Assembly (NCBI GenBank): GCA_031291995.1
Contig: JARLHZ010000004.1
Location: 5,272 to 69,271, forward strand
Length of the DNA stretch: 64,000 nucleotides
Origin: Candidatus Doudnabacteria bacterium
GTDB lineage: Bacteria; Patescibacteriota; Doudnabacteria; UBA920
Reading direction: 5' to 3'
A program made the position numbers and the translations under genes. Positions 33,455 through 43,378 of the stretch are shown piece after piece. The number at the start of each line of letters is the position of its first letter. Position 1 is the stretch's first letter. The notes beneath the pieces were generated by a model, which worked only from the letters and a program-made list of their open reading frames with translations, was not told where the DNA came from and did not search any database.

Positions 33455-33640
33455 GACAAGATTGACATAATTGAACAAAATTGACAAGATTATCATAGTA
33501 TAACCTTGTCAATTTTTTTTGGCTCGGCATTCTTTACACCAGGAACTACTTAGCAAAAATCGTTTATGATATTCCTGTCAATCCTGTCAATCCTGTCAAT
33601 CTTGTCAATCTTGTCAATCATTTTACTCTTGTCAATCATC
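33455..33640. repeat. word-built inverted arrays (ttgacaag x3 upstream, cctgtcaat/cttgtcaat x6 downstream) around a terminator hairpin
   Basis: ctgacaagattgacataattgaacaaaattgacaagatt ... hairpin ttgacaagattatcatagtataaccttgtcaa followed by an 8-T run ... cctgtcaatcctgtcaatcctgtcaatcttgtcaatcttgtcaatc. Confidence 0.6.
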
Positions 33641-33642
33641 CC

Positions 33643-34977
33643 ATGCCCAAATCATCCGTAGTCTTCATTTGCTCCAACTGCCAGTATAGTTCGCCGCGTT
33701 GGCAGGGCAAGTGTCCCAATTGCGGGCAGTGGAATACCCTGGTGGAAAGCCGGGTTAAAATATCAAATTCCAAACATCAAATTTCCAAAGCCGCCGAGCC
33801 GGTGGATTTGGCAATGGTGGATATTAGCCAGCGAGCCAAAATTGTCAGCGGCATATCCGAGTTTGACGACGTGCTGGGCGGGGGCTTTGTTCCGGGCAGT
33901 TTGGTTCTGCTCGGCGGCGACCCCGGTATTGGCAAATCCACATTGGCTTTGCAGATTTCCATGCGGCTGGGAGAAAAAGTTTTGTATGTGTCCGGCGAAG
34001 AATCGGTCCATCAGATAAAATTGCGCTCGGGCCGGGTCAGTGAAAGCCAGCAGCTAAATGTTTTAGCCGAAACGGATTTGGACGCGGTTTTGGCGTCGAT
34101 AGAAGCACGGTCTCCTGAATTGGTGGTTATTGATTCCATCCAAACAATGTACAGCCAGGAGGCCAGCGGCGTGGCCGGCGGCGTGGCGCAGGTTACATCG
34201 GCAGTGCAAAAAATTATGCGCTTGGCCAAGCAAAATCACATTTCTTTTATTTTAATCGGCCATGTTACCAAAGAAGGTTATTTGGCCGGACCTAAAACTT
34301 TGGAGCATATGGTGGACACAGTGTTGTACCTGGAAGGGGAGCGGTTCGCCAGTTTTCGCATTTTGCGATGCGTGAAAAACCGCTTCGGGACAACCAATGA
34401 GGTGGGAGTGTTTGAGATGCAGGGACAGGGTCTGGCCGAAGTTAAAAACCCATCGCAGTTGTTTTTGGGCGAGGAACAAATGCAGGCCAGCGGGAATATT
34501 ATAACATCGGTAATGGAGGGCAGCCGGGCTCTTTTGCTGGAAATTCAGGCTTTAACTTCCGCAACCAACTTTGGTTACCCAAAGCGCACCACGGCCGGTT
34601 TTGATGTTAACCGCCTGCAGCTGCTTACCGCCATTCTTTCCAAGCGGGCGGGGCTAAATTTAGCCAACCAGGACATTTATATTAATGTTGTCGGCGGCAT
34701 AAAAATAGACGAGCCGGCCGCCGATTTAGCCGTGGCGCTGGCCATTGTCAGCAGTTTAAAAGAAGCGGTGGTAGCCGATACTATTGTCGTAGGGGAATTG
34801 GGGCTTTCCGGCGAAGTCCGCTACGTGCCAAACTTGGAGAAACGGATTAAAGAAGCGGAAAAATTGGGATTCAAAAAAATTATCTGCCCCCGCATGCGCC
34901 AAGGTTATGATATTAAAAACGCAAAAATAAAAATCCTGCCGGTAAAAACCTTGCAGGAAGCGATAAACTTAATATAA
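33643..34977 (+). CDS. radA: DNA repair protein RadA/Sms
   Basis: Zinc finger CSNCQYSSPRWQGKCPNCGQW, Walker A GGDPGIGKST, KNRFG motif CVKNRFG, and a Lon-like C-terminal domain. Confidence 0.85.
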   Translation: MPKSSVVFICSNCQYSSPRWQGKCPNCGQWNTLVESRVKISNSKHQISKAAEPVDLAMVDISQRAKIVSGISEFDDVLGGGFVPGSLVLLGGDPGIGKSTLALQISMRLGEKVLYVSGEESVHQIKLRSGRVSESQQLNVLAETDLDAVLASIEARSPELVVIDSIQTMYSQEASGVAGGVAQVTSAVQKIMRLAKQNHISFILIGHVTKEGYLAGPKTLEHMVDTVLYLEGERFASFRILRCVKNRFGTTNEVGVFEMQGQGLAEVKNPSQLFLGEEQMQASGNIITSVMEGSRALLLEIQALTSATNFGYPKRTTAGFDVNRLQLLTAILSKRAGLNLANQDIYINVVGGIKIDEPAADLAVALAIVSSLKEAVVADTIVVGELGLSGEVRYVPNLEKRIKEAEKLGFKKIICPRMRQGYDIKNAKIKILPVKTLQEAINLI

Positions 34978-35176
34978 AAAGAAGAAGCCGGACAAACTTT
35001 GGGGTGCATTCCGGCAGTTTGTCCGACTCTCCGTACCGCCCGGCCGACGCGTAGCCGTGAGCAGTACGAACTTGAAGTAAGAGATGTCACCGAAAGCCCA
35101 TGCATTTAACCCTCCGCAAGGAAACCGATACGGATTCGGCTATTGCTTTTGGGTGAGCCTTGGGTGATGTCTCCTG

Positions 35177-35506
35177 CTAGGATGTGAGCGGCTTGTAATC
35201 GAGGCCGTTGACCCAAAGCAGGCTGCGACTAGCCTGTTTCAGTAACGGAGCCGTGCCAAGTATTTCCAGGGTCTTAACCGGTATTGCCCTGGTTTCCTTC
35301 TCCCCGTCGCGGCGACCTATTAGGATCAGGTGCCGTTGTTTTATTGAAAGCACGATCGCGTGCACTTCAATATAACTCAGGGTTTCATGTTTTCGCGAAA
35401 GAAGCCATGCGCGATTGTTGATGACCGCTCTTGCGGTATCGATTTCAGTTGAGATCGAAAAGGGGTCCGGGTCAACCCACTTTTTAACCAGTTTCCTCGT
35501 CATCAT
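35177..35506 (-). CDS. hypothetical protein
   Basis: 109-aa ORF with no recognisable family. Confidence 0.25.
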   Translation of the reverse strand: MMTRKLVKKWVDPDPFSISTEIDTARAVINNRAWLLSRKHETLSYIEVHAIVLSIKQRHLILIGRRDGEKETRAIPVKTLEILGTAPLLKQASRSLLWVNGLDYKPLTS

Positions 35507-35597
35507 TTCTATTCTCCTAGTCTACAATATCAATACCCCTCTTTTTAAATTGAATAAATTTTACAATAAATGAGGGAAATAAGCAAATTTTTTTATT

Positions 35598-37667
35598 TTA
35601 TTCAAAATGCACAACCTTGTCTTTTATTTTTTCTTTCAAACTTGGGTAGCTGTCCAAATTTAAATCATCAGTTAAAATCGCCAATGCTTCCTGGCGGGCG
35701 GGCTGGATGAGGGAGGTGTAGGAGGGGTCGAAGTATTTAAAGTTCCAGCCGCTTTGGGTTTGACCGTACATTTCGCCGAAGCCGCGCTGTTTTAAGTCTA
35801 GTTCGGCCAGTTCAAAACCGTCGTTGGTTTTGGTAAATTCAGTCAGCCGGTTTACCGTATCCGGATTTTGGTTATCGGAAAATAAAAAGCAATAGCTTTG
35901 GTGCTCCGCGCGGCCGACGCGCCCGCGGAACTGGTGGAGCTGGGCCAAGCCGAAACGGTCGGCACCTTCTATAATAATCGTGGAGGCATTTGGCACATCC
36001 ACCCCAACTTCGATTACGGAGGTGGAAACCAGTATTTGGGTTTTATTGTTCAAGAAATCTTTCATTGCCGCTTCTTTTTCCGGGCCTTTTAATCGGCCAT
36101 GCATTAGGCCGATTTGAAAAGTTGGAAATACCTTTTTAAGGTTTACTTGTTCCGATTTGGCGGATTTTACCCCGAGCTTATCGCTTTCTTCAATCAACGG
36201 GGTAATAACAAAAACCTGCCTGCCGGCCGTGACCTGTTTGGTTATGAACTCATAGGCCTTTTCGCGGTTAGTCGCGTTAACCAGCTTGGTGACAATATTT
36301 TTGCGGCCTGCCGGCTTGCTTTTAATTTGCGAAATGTCGAGTTCGCCGTAAACCGCCAGCTGTAAAGTTCGGGGGATGGGCGTCGCGCTTAAAGACAACA
36401 AATGGGGGACTTTGCCCCGGGTATTTATCAGTTGGGCACGCTGCTCCACCCCGAACCGGTGCTGTTCGTCTATAACAACCAAAGCCAATTTTTTAAATTT
36501 AATATTTTTCTGCAGAAGCGCGTGGGTGCCGATGTAAAGACCGGGCATTCCTTCTTTAATAAGCGCCGAAAGCTTGTCTTTTTTTTCCGGTTTGTTGTTC
36601 AGCAGGCAGTAATTATTGGTTATAAGCGCGCATCGCGCATTAAAATTTACGGGCGATTTACAAAACAGGCCATGGGCAGTTTGATAATGCTGGCTGGCTA
36701 AAATTTCCGTGGGCGCCAACAATACTGCCTGGTATCCGTCCGAAATTGCCTGCAGGGCGGCAATAAGCGCCACCAAAGTCTTGCCGCTGCCTACGTCTCC
36801 TTCCAAAAGCCGGTTCATCGGCAAGGGCTTTTGCATATCCTGTAAAACATTCCAGGCCGATTTTCGCTGGTCGGCCGTCAGTTTAAACGGCAGGCTTGCC
36901 ACAAAATTTTTAACCACGTTTTCTTCAAATTTTACAGCGTACGCCTTTTTTTCGGACAGTTTTATTTTATGCCGCCGCGCGGCCAGCTGGTTATAAAAAA
37001 TTTCCTCAAATGCCAGGCGTTTTCTAGCCTCGGCCATCCCGTCCGGGCTATCGGGGAAGTGTGACTGCTTTATCGTGGCGTCTATATCCATCAGCGCTTG
37101 GTGCTTAAGAATATCCGAGGGCAGGTTATCGGCAATCTGTCCCGACAAAGGTAAAACTTGGGCGACCAAATTACGGAAGGTTTTGGGGTAAATGCTTTGT
37201 TTTAAATGGTAGAGGGGTACCAGGCGCGCAGTATGAATCGGGAAGTCCGACAGTTTTTCGTAAATGGGGTTGGTAAGTTGCAGGCTCGATTTATAGTAAT
37301 CCGCCGAACCCGCTAAAAAGATTTCTTCACCGGCGGCCAGGCTTTTGGCCAAATAAGGCTGGTTAAACCAGACAACTTTTATCGATCCGGTATCGTCGGA
37401 TACCACGGCCTCGGCCAGGGCCATACGTCCGTACATGGCAAAGCGTCCCGAAATACTGTTTATCTTTACTTTCAGACTGACGTTTTCACCAGGTTTTAAA
37501 TCTATAATTTGTTTGACCCGGGAGAAATCCAGATAGCGGTATGGGAAATACAAAAGTACGTCCCGCGCCGTAAAAAGTCCGAGCTTTTTTAAAGCCGCAA
37601 TTTGCGGCTTTTGGAGTTTGAAAAAATTTTCGATCGGGGAGTCTAGTTCCGGCATAAAATGGTGCAC
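35598..37667 (-). CDS. recG: ATP-dependent DNA helicase RecG
   Basis: Motif I GDVGSGKTLVA, motif II VVIDEQHRFGV, and an N-terminal wedge/OB region. The listed start overlaps the tRNA-Arg 3' end by 8 nt, so the second Met (MPELD, ~37655) is the likelier start. Confidence 0.85.
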   Translation of the reverse strand: MHHFMPELDSPIENFFKLQKPQIAALKKLGLFTARDVLLYFPYRYLDFSRVKQIIDLKPGENVSLKVKINSISGRFAMYGRMALAEAVVSDDTGSIKVVWFNQPYLAKSLAAGEEIFLAGSADYYKSSLQLTNPIYEKLSDFPIHTARLVPLYHLKQSIYPKTFRNLVAQVLPLSGQIADNLPSDILKHQALMDIDATIKQSHFPDSPDGMAEARKRLAFEEIFYNQLAARRHKIKLSEKKAYAVKFEENVVKNFVASLPFKLTADQRKSAWNVLQDMQKPLPMNRLLEGDVGSGKTLVALIAALQAISDGYQAVLLAPTEILASQHYQTAHGLFCKSPVNFNARCALITNNYCLLNNKPEKKDKLSALIKEGMPGLYIGTHALLQKNIKFKKLALVVIDEQHRFGVEQRAQLINTRGKVPHLLSLSATPIPRTLQLAVYGELDISQIKSKPAGRKNIVTKLVNATNREKAYEFITKQVTAGRQVFVITPLIEESDKLGVKSAKSEQVNLKKVFPTFQIGLMHGRLKGPEKEAAMKDFLNNKTQILVSTSVIEVGVDVPNASTIIIEGADRFGLAQLHQFRGRVGRAEHQSYCFLFSDNQNPDTVNRLTEFTKTNDGFELAELDLKQRGFGEMYGQTQSGWNFKYFDPSYTSLIQPARQEALAILTDDLNLDSYPSLKEKIKDKVVHFE

Positions 37668-37736
37668 CCGGCTGGAATCGAACCAGCGGCCTTTCCCTTC
37701 GGAGGGGAACGCTCTGATCCACTGAGCTACGGATGC
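37660..37736 (-). tRNA. tRNA-Arg (anticodon CCG)
   Basis: The reverse complement reads GCATCCGTAGCTCAGTGGATCAGAGCGTTCCCCTCCGAAGGGAAAGGCCGCTGGTTCGATTCCAGCCGGGTGCACCA. Cloverleaf is consistent. Anticodon loop CUCCGAA. Confidence 0.85.
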
Positions 37737-37748
37737 AGAATAATCGCG

Positions 37749-38219
37749 CTAAAATTTAAACCGGTGCATAATTTTTTGTGCCGTGGTTTCCTGGGTCAGG
37801 TGGTGTTCGGGCAAGAACCGAACCAGAAAATTTCTGACTTCTTCGGGATCCTGCCGCTCTAGTTCCAAAATTACGACATTGTTAACCAGGGCGGAAGAAT
37901 GGAAGTTTACCGTTTGGTGCCGGTCGTTGTTAACAATCCAGAAATATTTAAGCTGTTTATAAGGGTAGGACAGATTGCCAAAGCGAATGCCCCGTTCATT
38001 GATTTCAATTTCCACGCGCTGGGGGGTTTGGCGGGCAAAAATAATAATTAACGCGCCGATAATGGCCAAGCTGACCGCCGCAAAGTAATCGCTTTCCACA
38101 ATAATGAAAAAAGCAATAAGTAAAATAAAAACCGCGACTAAAGTTATATACCATCCGGAAGTTTTGGGGTAATACTTAAATTCGTGCGCTTCCCAGGAAA
38201 TCGGGCTGAGGTTAGACAT
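37749..38219 (-). CDS. hypothetical membrane protein
   Basis: Two TM helices (WYITLVAVFILLIAFFIIV, AVSLAIIGALIIIF) followed by a soluble domain. Confidence 0.4.
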   Translation of the reverse strand: MSNLSPISWEAHEFKYYPKTSGWYITLVAVFILLIAFFIIVESDYFAAVSLAIIGALIIIFARQTPQRVEIEINERGIRFGNLSYPYKQLKYFWIVNNDRHQTVNFHSSALVNNVVILELERQDPEEVRNFLVRFLPEHHLTQETTAQKIMHRFKF

Positions 38220-38260
38220 AATGCTTTAGATTCATTAAAATATAGCAAGGTGTTATATTT

Positions 38261-38349
38261 GGAGAGGTCGCATAGTGGTTTAGTGCTCCGGTCTTGAAAA
38301 CCGGCAGGGCCAAAAGCTCTCGAGGGTTCGAATCCCTCCCTCTCCGCCA
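38261..38349 (+). tRNA. tRNA-Ser (anticodon TGA), type II with long variable arm
   Basis: GGAGAGGTCGCATAGTGGTTTAGTGCTCCGGTCTTGAAAACCGGCAGGGCCAAAAGCTCTCGAGGGTTCGAATCCCTCCCTCTCCGCCA. Anticodon loop CUUGAAA. Confidence 0.85.
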
Positions 38350-38385
38350 AGTTAATTACATTATACCATTTTTTTCAATAATAAC

Positions 38386-38427
38386 AAAAACGGCTTTTCT
38401 CTAGAAAAAGCCGTTTTATTTTTGTTT
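38386..38427. terminator. rho-independent terminator (bidirectional)
   Basis: aaaaacggcttttctctagaaaaagccgtttt followed by tatttttgttt. Confidence 0.65.
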
Positions 38428-38526
38428 CAGGATTATGGTCCAAAGCCCGGCTGTCGCCGCGTTTCGGATAATCTGTCGTCCTGAATCGGGAAAAGAAAGA
38501 TTTTCTTTTCGCCGGTCAAAACAACA

Positions 38527-39795
38527 TTAGGGATGGAATTTTGGAGCGGGGTCTTCTATTATAAACCCGCCGGTAGCCACGTTGGGGTCGGGCGTAAAGT
38601 TAAACATCGGGGTACTCGTGGCCTCGCTTTCCGCCGTTGTCGTGCCATTTTTTGAGGTAAAGGCTCCTTCCACTTTTTTGGCGCCCGGAGTGCTGGTCGC
38701 GGTGGGCTGGGATTCCGTAGCGGCCGTAGTAGTTGCCGCGATGCCGGGAATGGACGCAATTGTAGTAGTAGTGGTGGTAGAGCCGGAAGCGGAATCGGCA
38801 CCGTCTGTTAGCAAAATTTGGGTTGCCACCAGCATATTCTGTTCCGGTTTGCCAATGGCATTGACCGTTTGCCCGGCCGATAAATCGGATAGCCGCAGCA
38901 TGTCCCCGGAATTATTGGTAATAACAGTTTGCGGGTCGGTGTTAAACGTAATTTTTTCCACCGTAATCTTTCCGTTCTGAATGGTGTTTATTACGCCCAA
39001 TACCGTTACCATGGTGGAAGTGTTATTAAGCTGGGCCAGCGCCTGGCTGTTATCGGCAATGGTCATTGCCTGCTTAATTTGCGAGAGCTGTTTGGTGTTA
39101 TTGTTTAAGGCCGTCAACGCGGTTTGAGCCGCGGTTTGGATTTGTTTGTCGGACTTGATTTGTTTTAGCAATGATTGCTGTTTTTGAGTCAGGTCTTCCA
39201 GGGAATTCAGCAGCGGCTTGTTGCTTTGCGCCTGCGGGTCTGTTTGAGTGACTCCGGCCGCCGCCGCCAGCGCATTGGTCGTCTGGCTGGAAAGTTCGGT
39301 TAAGGCCGCGGTTTGCGCCTGCTGGCTATTTTGGCTTGGATTACTGAATATCTGCTGGGCTTCATCCAGGCGTTTTTGCGCAAACGCGATTTGCAGATTG
39401 GCTTTGGCCTGCGGATCCATGGCAAATATCAATTGTGTCTTTTCCTCGGCGCGTTTGAGGGCGAACAGGCTGTTTCCCGGCAAAGAATTTCTGGCCGCGT
39501 ATGCCGTAAAGGCGCCCGCGGACAAAAGCAGCATTAACCCGCTGCTTACGGCGGCAAACTTAAATGTGTAGGACCATTTCAGCCAGTACAACTTGGTTTT
39601 GCTAAGAGCATACTTTCTTTGCATCAGCGGAGTTGGTACTATCGCTTTCGGCATGTCCAGAAGCATTCGGCTAACGTCCAACAGGGGAGACATATCGTGA
39701 TTGGCCTCGTTAAAACTTGCCAGGATGTCCTGTTTGGAATGCCCCGCCGCGAGTTTGGCGAGCGCTTGATTGAAAATGTCTTCCCGGCTGTTCAT
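38527..39795 (-). CDS. membrane-anchored putative anti-sigma factor (DUF5667-like) with a T-rich C-terminal region
   Basis: Located immediately downstream of the ECF sigma gene with a 6-bp gap. Single TM (FKFAAVSSGLMLLLSAGAFTAYAA). Q/A-rich coiled region. Confidence 0.4.
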   Translation of the reverse strand: MNSREDIFNQALAKLAAGHSKQDILASFNEANHDMSPLLDVSRMLLDMPKAIVPTPLMQRKYALSKTKLYWLKWSYTFKFAAVSSGLMLLLSAGAFTAYAARNSLPGNSLFALKRAEEKTQLIFAMDPQAKANLQIAFAQKRLDEAQQIFSNPSQNSQQAQTAALTELSSQTTNALAAAAGVTQTDPQAQSNKPLLNSLEDLTQKQQSLLKQIKSDKQIQTAAQTALTALNNNTKQLSQIKQAMTIADNSQALAQLNNTSTMVTVLGVINTIQNGKITVEKITFNTDPQTVITNNSGDMLRLSDLSAGQTVNAIGKPEQNMLVATQILLTDGADSASGSTTTTTTIASIPGIAATTTAATESQPTATSTPGAKKVEGAFTSKNGTTTAESEATSTPMFNFTPDPNVATGGFIIEDPAPKFHP

Positions 39796-39801
39796 GTATG
39801 G

Positions 39802-40398
39802 TTAAATTTCGTTCGCGGGTTTTTCCGCGCTGATTAATTCCTGAAGCTTGGTAATGGCTCGGTGCTGAATAACCCTAACCGCTCCTTCGCTTTTGTGGAG
39901 CATTACGGCGATTTCCGCGTTATCCAAACCTTCCAGAAACTTTAATTTTATGACAATTTGCTGTTCATGCCCCAATTCCTTCATCAGTCTCAATAAAATT
40001 TTTTGCTGCTGCTGGAGATCCAAAACATCAATAATGTTGCTCTCATATTCCAGCGAATTTTCCAGCTCTTCAATATCGATTATCTGCTTTTTTTGCCGAT
40101 AATGGTCAATTACCAGGTTCCGCGCGATTTGATATAGCCAGCCCTGAAAGGAGGCATTATCGCTTACGTCGGACAATTTGGTGAACGCCCGCAAAAAAAC
40201 GTCTTCGGCCAAATCTTCGGCCAGCTGTTTATGCCCGACGCGGAAGAATATAAAACGATAGAGTTTTTTAAAATACAATTCGTAAATTTCCGTCAGGGCC
40301 TCCTGGTTGCCCTGCTTGGCTTTCGCCAGCAGAGCAGCCAAGGCGTCTTGGCCGGTAAAATTCGCGTTGCTTATATTGTAGACGGAATTTATGTCCAT
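39802..40398 (-). CDS. RNA polymerase sigma factor, ECF (sigma-70 group 4) family
   Basis: Region 2 (FFRVGHKQLAEDLAEDVFLRAF...IARNLVIDHYR) and region 4 HTH (LEGLDNAEIAVMLHKSEGAVRVIQHRAITKL). Confidence 0.75.
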   Translation of the reverse strand: MDINSVYNISNANFTGQDALAALLAKAKQGNQEALTEIYELYFKKLYRFIFFRVGHKQLAEDLAEDVFLRAFTKLSDVSDNASFQGWLYQIARNLVIDHYRQKKQIIDIEELENSLEYESNIIDVLDLQQQQKILLRLMKELGHEQQIVIKLKFLEGLDNAEIAVMLHKSEGAVRVIQHRAITKLQELISAEKPANEI

Positions 40399-40612
40399 TT
40401 GTTACAGACTGGAAGGTTATTAAGCAATAATTTGGGATTTTTGGCAATGAAACTGTCAAAAATACATGATTCCGGAGAAAAATTTAGGAATTAAGCCGTA
40501 ATCACATATCTATTTTACCATATTTAGGCGATTATTGGTGCCTAAAGCTCTTCACACATAAACCCTAATTTGCTAGTCTTATAATAAATAGTATATTAAT
40601 TAACGAAAAATT

Positions 40613-41008
40613 ATGTTTAAAGGCTTTAAAGATTTTGTGTTGCGGGGCAATGCGGTGGATTTGGCCGTAGGCGTGGTTATGGGAGCCGCTTTTGGCACCG
40701 TGGTTAACGCATTGGTTAAGGATTTCTTAACTCCGTTGATCGGGATTATTTTTAGGATTCCTCATTTATCCGGATGGAGCCTGACCATAAACGGCAGTAC
40801 TTTTTTGTTTGCCGACCTGATTAATTCGTTTATTGCCTTTTTACTGGTTGCTCTGGCTGTTTATTTTTTTGTCGTGGTGCCGATGAATACCCTGACAACC
40901 AAATTTAAAAAGCCCGTTGAGCCTGGGACTAAAAAGTGTCCAGATTGTTTGAGCGACATCCCCCTTGCCGCAAAGCGTTGCGCATTTTGCGGACAGGTAA
41001 TAGTTTAA
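40613..41008 (+). CDS. mscL: large-conductance mechanosensitive channel MscL with a C-terminal zinc-ribbon tail
   Basis: MFKGFKDFVLRGNAVDLAVGVVMGAAFGTVVNALVKDFLTPLIG and a C-terminal CPDC...CAFCG. Confidence 0.8.
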   Translation: MFKGFKDFVLRGNAVDLAVGVVMGAAFGTVVNALVKDFLTPLIGIIFRIPHLSGWSLTINGSTFLFADLINSFIAFLLVALAVYFFVVVPMNTLTTKFKKPVEPGTKKCPDCLSDIPLAAKRCAFCGQVIV

Positions 41009-41020
41009 ATTATGCTGACT

Positions 41021-41097
41021 AGTGTCAAGGGTCGCCCTTGACATAGATGTTTTTGAATAAAATCAGCGTTTTTGACGGCCGACAAAAACGCTGATTT
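41021..41097. terminator. two consecutive hairpin terminators between convergent mscL and the pspC-domain gene
   Basis: gtgtcaagggtcgcccttgacat, and aaaatcagcgtttttgacggccgacaaaaacgctgatttt with a perfect 15-bp stem. Confidence 0.55.
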
Positions 41098-41112
41098 TAT
41101 AAAAGCCGAAAA

Positions 41113-42177
41113 CTACCATCTTTTTATTTTTTCCCACACGTGCTGCCACCACAGGGAAACTTTGTAAAAGTAAGGATGCGAGTCGGGGACAAAGTGCCAA
41201 AGCAGCCAAATCATTATGGCCCAAAAAGCGAACCAGGCCATAGCCTCGGGAAAACCATCATGGTTATGATAATGGTGGATGTTTCCATCTTGCACGTAAG
41301 TCCAATGCCACCGCGCGGCTTTAAATGGCCAGACAATAAAACTATAAAGGCAGAGCCAAACTAAAACCGCGACCCAAATCGGAATTCCGGCCGGCACGGC
41401 ATAGCCTAATATCATGCCCTTCGTGGCCAGGCTGAGCAAGCCGAGTAACCAGAGTACCGACAACACGCCAATTATCAGGCCAAAAAACGGAATGTATCCC
41501 GGACCGTGATTGCTATACATTTCCTGGCGCCGGCGCTGTTTTTCTTCGCGGTGCTGCTGCTTTATTTCGTGCCGCCATTTTTTCCATTCGCCTTTGTCGG
41601 CAAAATTGTGGTATTCCTGTTTGGCCTTATCTACCCATTCCTGGGCGGTAAAGGGTCGGCCAAAAGCCTGGGCTTTTTCCTTTGAGGTCTTGGCCTTGGG
41701 AATCACAATCATCATAATTAAATAAACCAAAATCCCGAAGCCTTGGGTTACTAAAGTTAAAATAATAAAAATCAGGCGGATTAATGTTACGTCGGCGTTA
41801 AAATAGGCGGCTAAGCCGGTGCAAACGCCTCCGAATATGGCTCCTTCGCGAATAAGATACAATCGCTTGGGCGCGCCAGCGCTGTCATTTTGGCTCGAGT
41901 TAGCGGTTTCGTCTGTTTTTTGAGAACCCTGAACCGGCCCCATTTCCTTAAGAACTTCGTCGACTTCTTTTTCTAAAACCACTGTTTTTCCCGCGGCCAA
42001 AAACCGGCTGAATTTTTCGGCCACGGCCTGTTCCAGGTCGGCAATTATTTCTTCTTTGTCGGGATCCTCGCCGAGCCGAGTCCGGGCCTCTTGCAAATAA
42101 TTTTGCAGTTTTTCGTAACCGCCTTCTTCCAGCAAAAACGCGCGGCCGTTTAAATTTATGGTGATAACTTTGTTCAT
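41113..42177 (-). CDS. PspC-domain membrane protein
   Basis: PspC domain LYLIREGAIFGGVCTGLAAYFNADVTLIRLIFIILTL, followed by additional TM helices and a basic linker. Confidence 0.6.
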   Translation of the reverse strand: MNKVITINLNGRAFLLEEGGYEKLQNYLQEARTRLGEDPDKEEIIADLEQAVAEKFSRFLAAGKTVVLEKEVDEVLKEMGPVQGSQKTDETANSSQNDSAGAPKRLYLIREGAIFGGVCTGLAAYFNADVTLIRLIFIILTLVTQGFGILVYLIMMIVIPKAKTSKEKAQAFGRPFTAQEWVDKAKQEYHNFADKGEWKKWRHEIKQQHREEKQRRRQEMYSNHGPGYIPFFGLIIGVLSVLWLLGLLSLATKGMILGYAVPAGIPIWVAVLVWLCLYSFIVWPFKAARWHWTYVQDGNIHHYHNHDGFPEAMAWFAFWAIMIWLLWHFVPDSHPYFYKVSLWWQHVWEKIKRW

Positions 42178-42181
42178 AGTA

Positions 42182-42508
42182 CTAAAGCTGGTTAATGGTT
42201 AGGTTAATATTTTCCAAATAATCGAGAAGGGTTTTAAGCTGTTCCTTGCCTTTGGCGGTTAGCGAGTAATATTTGCGGGGCGGCCCCGATTCGCTTTCTA
42301 CCCAGGCGTAGTCTACGGCTTCTTCCCGGCGCAGCCGGCTGAGCAGGGGATAGAGCGTTCCTTCCTGCGTGGCAAAATCGGTAACCTTGAGTTTTTCCAG
42401 GATATCGGCGGCGTAAGCTTTTTTCTTGCTGATAATTTTTAACACGGCCGCCTCCAAAAGCCCCTTGCGGATTGGTCCAAATTTTTCTTCCAAGTTGGAG
42501 TTAACCAT
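42182..42508 (-). CDS. PadR-family transcriptional regulator
   Basis: LLEAAVLKIISKKKAYAADILEKLK...GTLYPLLSRLRREEAV...YYSLTAKGKEQL is a winged helix typical of PadR. Confidence 0.7.
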   Translation of the reverse strand: MVNSNLEEKFGPIRKGLLEAAVLKIISKKKAYAADILEKLKVTDFATQEGTLYPLLSRLRREEAVDYAWVESESGPPRKYYSLTAKGKEQLKTLLDYLENINLTINQL

Positions 42509-42744
42509 AAAAAGTCATTAAAGCTACCTTTTTATATAAAGGTAGCATAGACAAAAAATGTTGTCAAGTTTTTGGCGGGTAAAGATATAATTATATTTTT
42601 CCGTCGTTATTAACTATAGCGGCCAATTTCGGGTAATAGCCGGTTCATAACAAGTAATATTTAAAATTTTCCCGGCCGCGGCGAGTTATTTAAGATTCCT
42701 TGATAATTTTTAATTAAATGAAACACAAAAGGAGGTGATGAATT

Positions 42745-42933
42745 ATGGCAAAATATGGAAAAACGGCGCAAAAAAAAGTTAAACGCGCCATGCACGAAAT
42801 GAAGCGCGGAAAATTAATTAGCGGGCGAAGTCATAAGAAAGTGCGCAGTCGGCGACAGGCCATAGCCATCGGACTGTCAGAGTCCGGAAAAATGGGTGCC
42901 AAGGTTTCCAGGCCGAGAAAGAACATAAGTTAG
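42745..42933 (+). CDS. small basic hypothetical protein
   Basis: 62 aa, K/R-rich (AKYGKTAQKKVKRAMHEMKRGKL). Confidence 0.3.
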   Translation: MAKYGKTAQKKVKRAMHEMKRGKLISGRSHKKVRSRRQAIAIGLSESGKMGAKVSRPRKNIS

Positions 42934-42963
42934 CTGGTAATCTTAAATTTATAAGGAGAAACT

Positions 42964-43116
42964 ATGCTGTTATTTATTGCGATTATATTATTGGTTCTAT
43001 GGGGTTTGGGTCTGGCACTGCATGTTCTGGGCGGATTTATTTACATGTTTTTGGTGGCCGCTTTATTGGTTGGGTTGGCGCATTTTGTCAAAGGGAATAA
43101 GACGTCTAACTTATAA
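42964..43116 (+). CDS. lmo0937/DUF5670-family small membrane protein (not in supplied ORF track)
   Basis: ATG at 42964 to TAA at 43116. MLLFIAIILLVLWGLGLALHVLGGFIYMFLVAALLVGLAHFVKGNKTSNL. RBS-like aaggagaa at 42953. Confidence 0.5.
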   Translation: MLLFIAIILLVLWGLGLALHVLGGFIYMFLVAALLVGLAHFVKGNKTSNL

Positions 43117-43129
43117 TTAACTGACATTT

Positions 43130-43378
43130 ATGGGAATTATATTATGGATAATTTTTGGCGCGCTGGTCGGCTGGATTGCCTCGGCTATTATGGGCAGGAA
43201 TGAGGGGGTAGTTATGAATATTGTAATCGGTATCGTTGGGGCAATAATCGGCGGTTGGATTATGAGCGCCATTGGCTCAACCGGGGTAACCGGGTTTAAC
43301 CTATACAGCTTTCTGGTCGCCTTGCTCGGCGCGGTAGTACTTATCTTTATAGTCAGAGCGATTCGTGGAATGGCCTAA
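43130..43378 (+). CDS. GlsB/YeaQ/YmgE-family stress-response membrane protein
   Basis: MGIILWIIFGALVGWIASAIMG...VIGIVGAIIGGWIMSAIG...GFNLYSFLVALLGAVVLIFIVRAIRG. Confidence 0.8.
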   Translation: MGIILWIIFGALVGWIASAIMGRNEGVVMNIVIGIVGAIIGGWIMSAIGSTGVTGFNLYSFLVALLGAVVLIFIVRAIRGMA

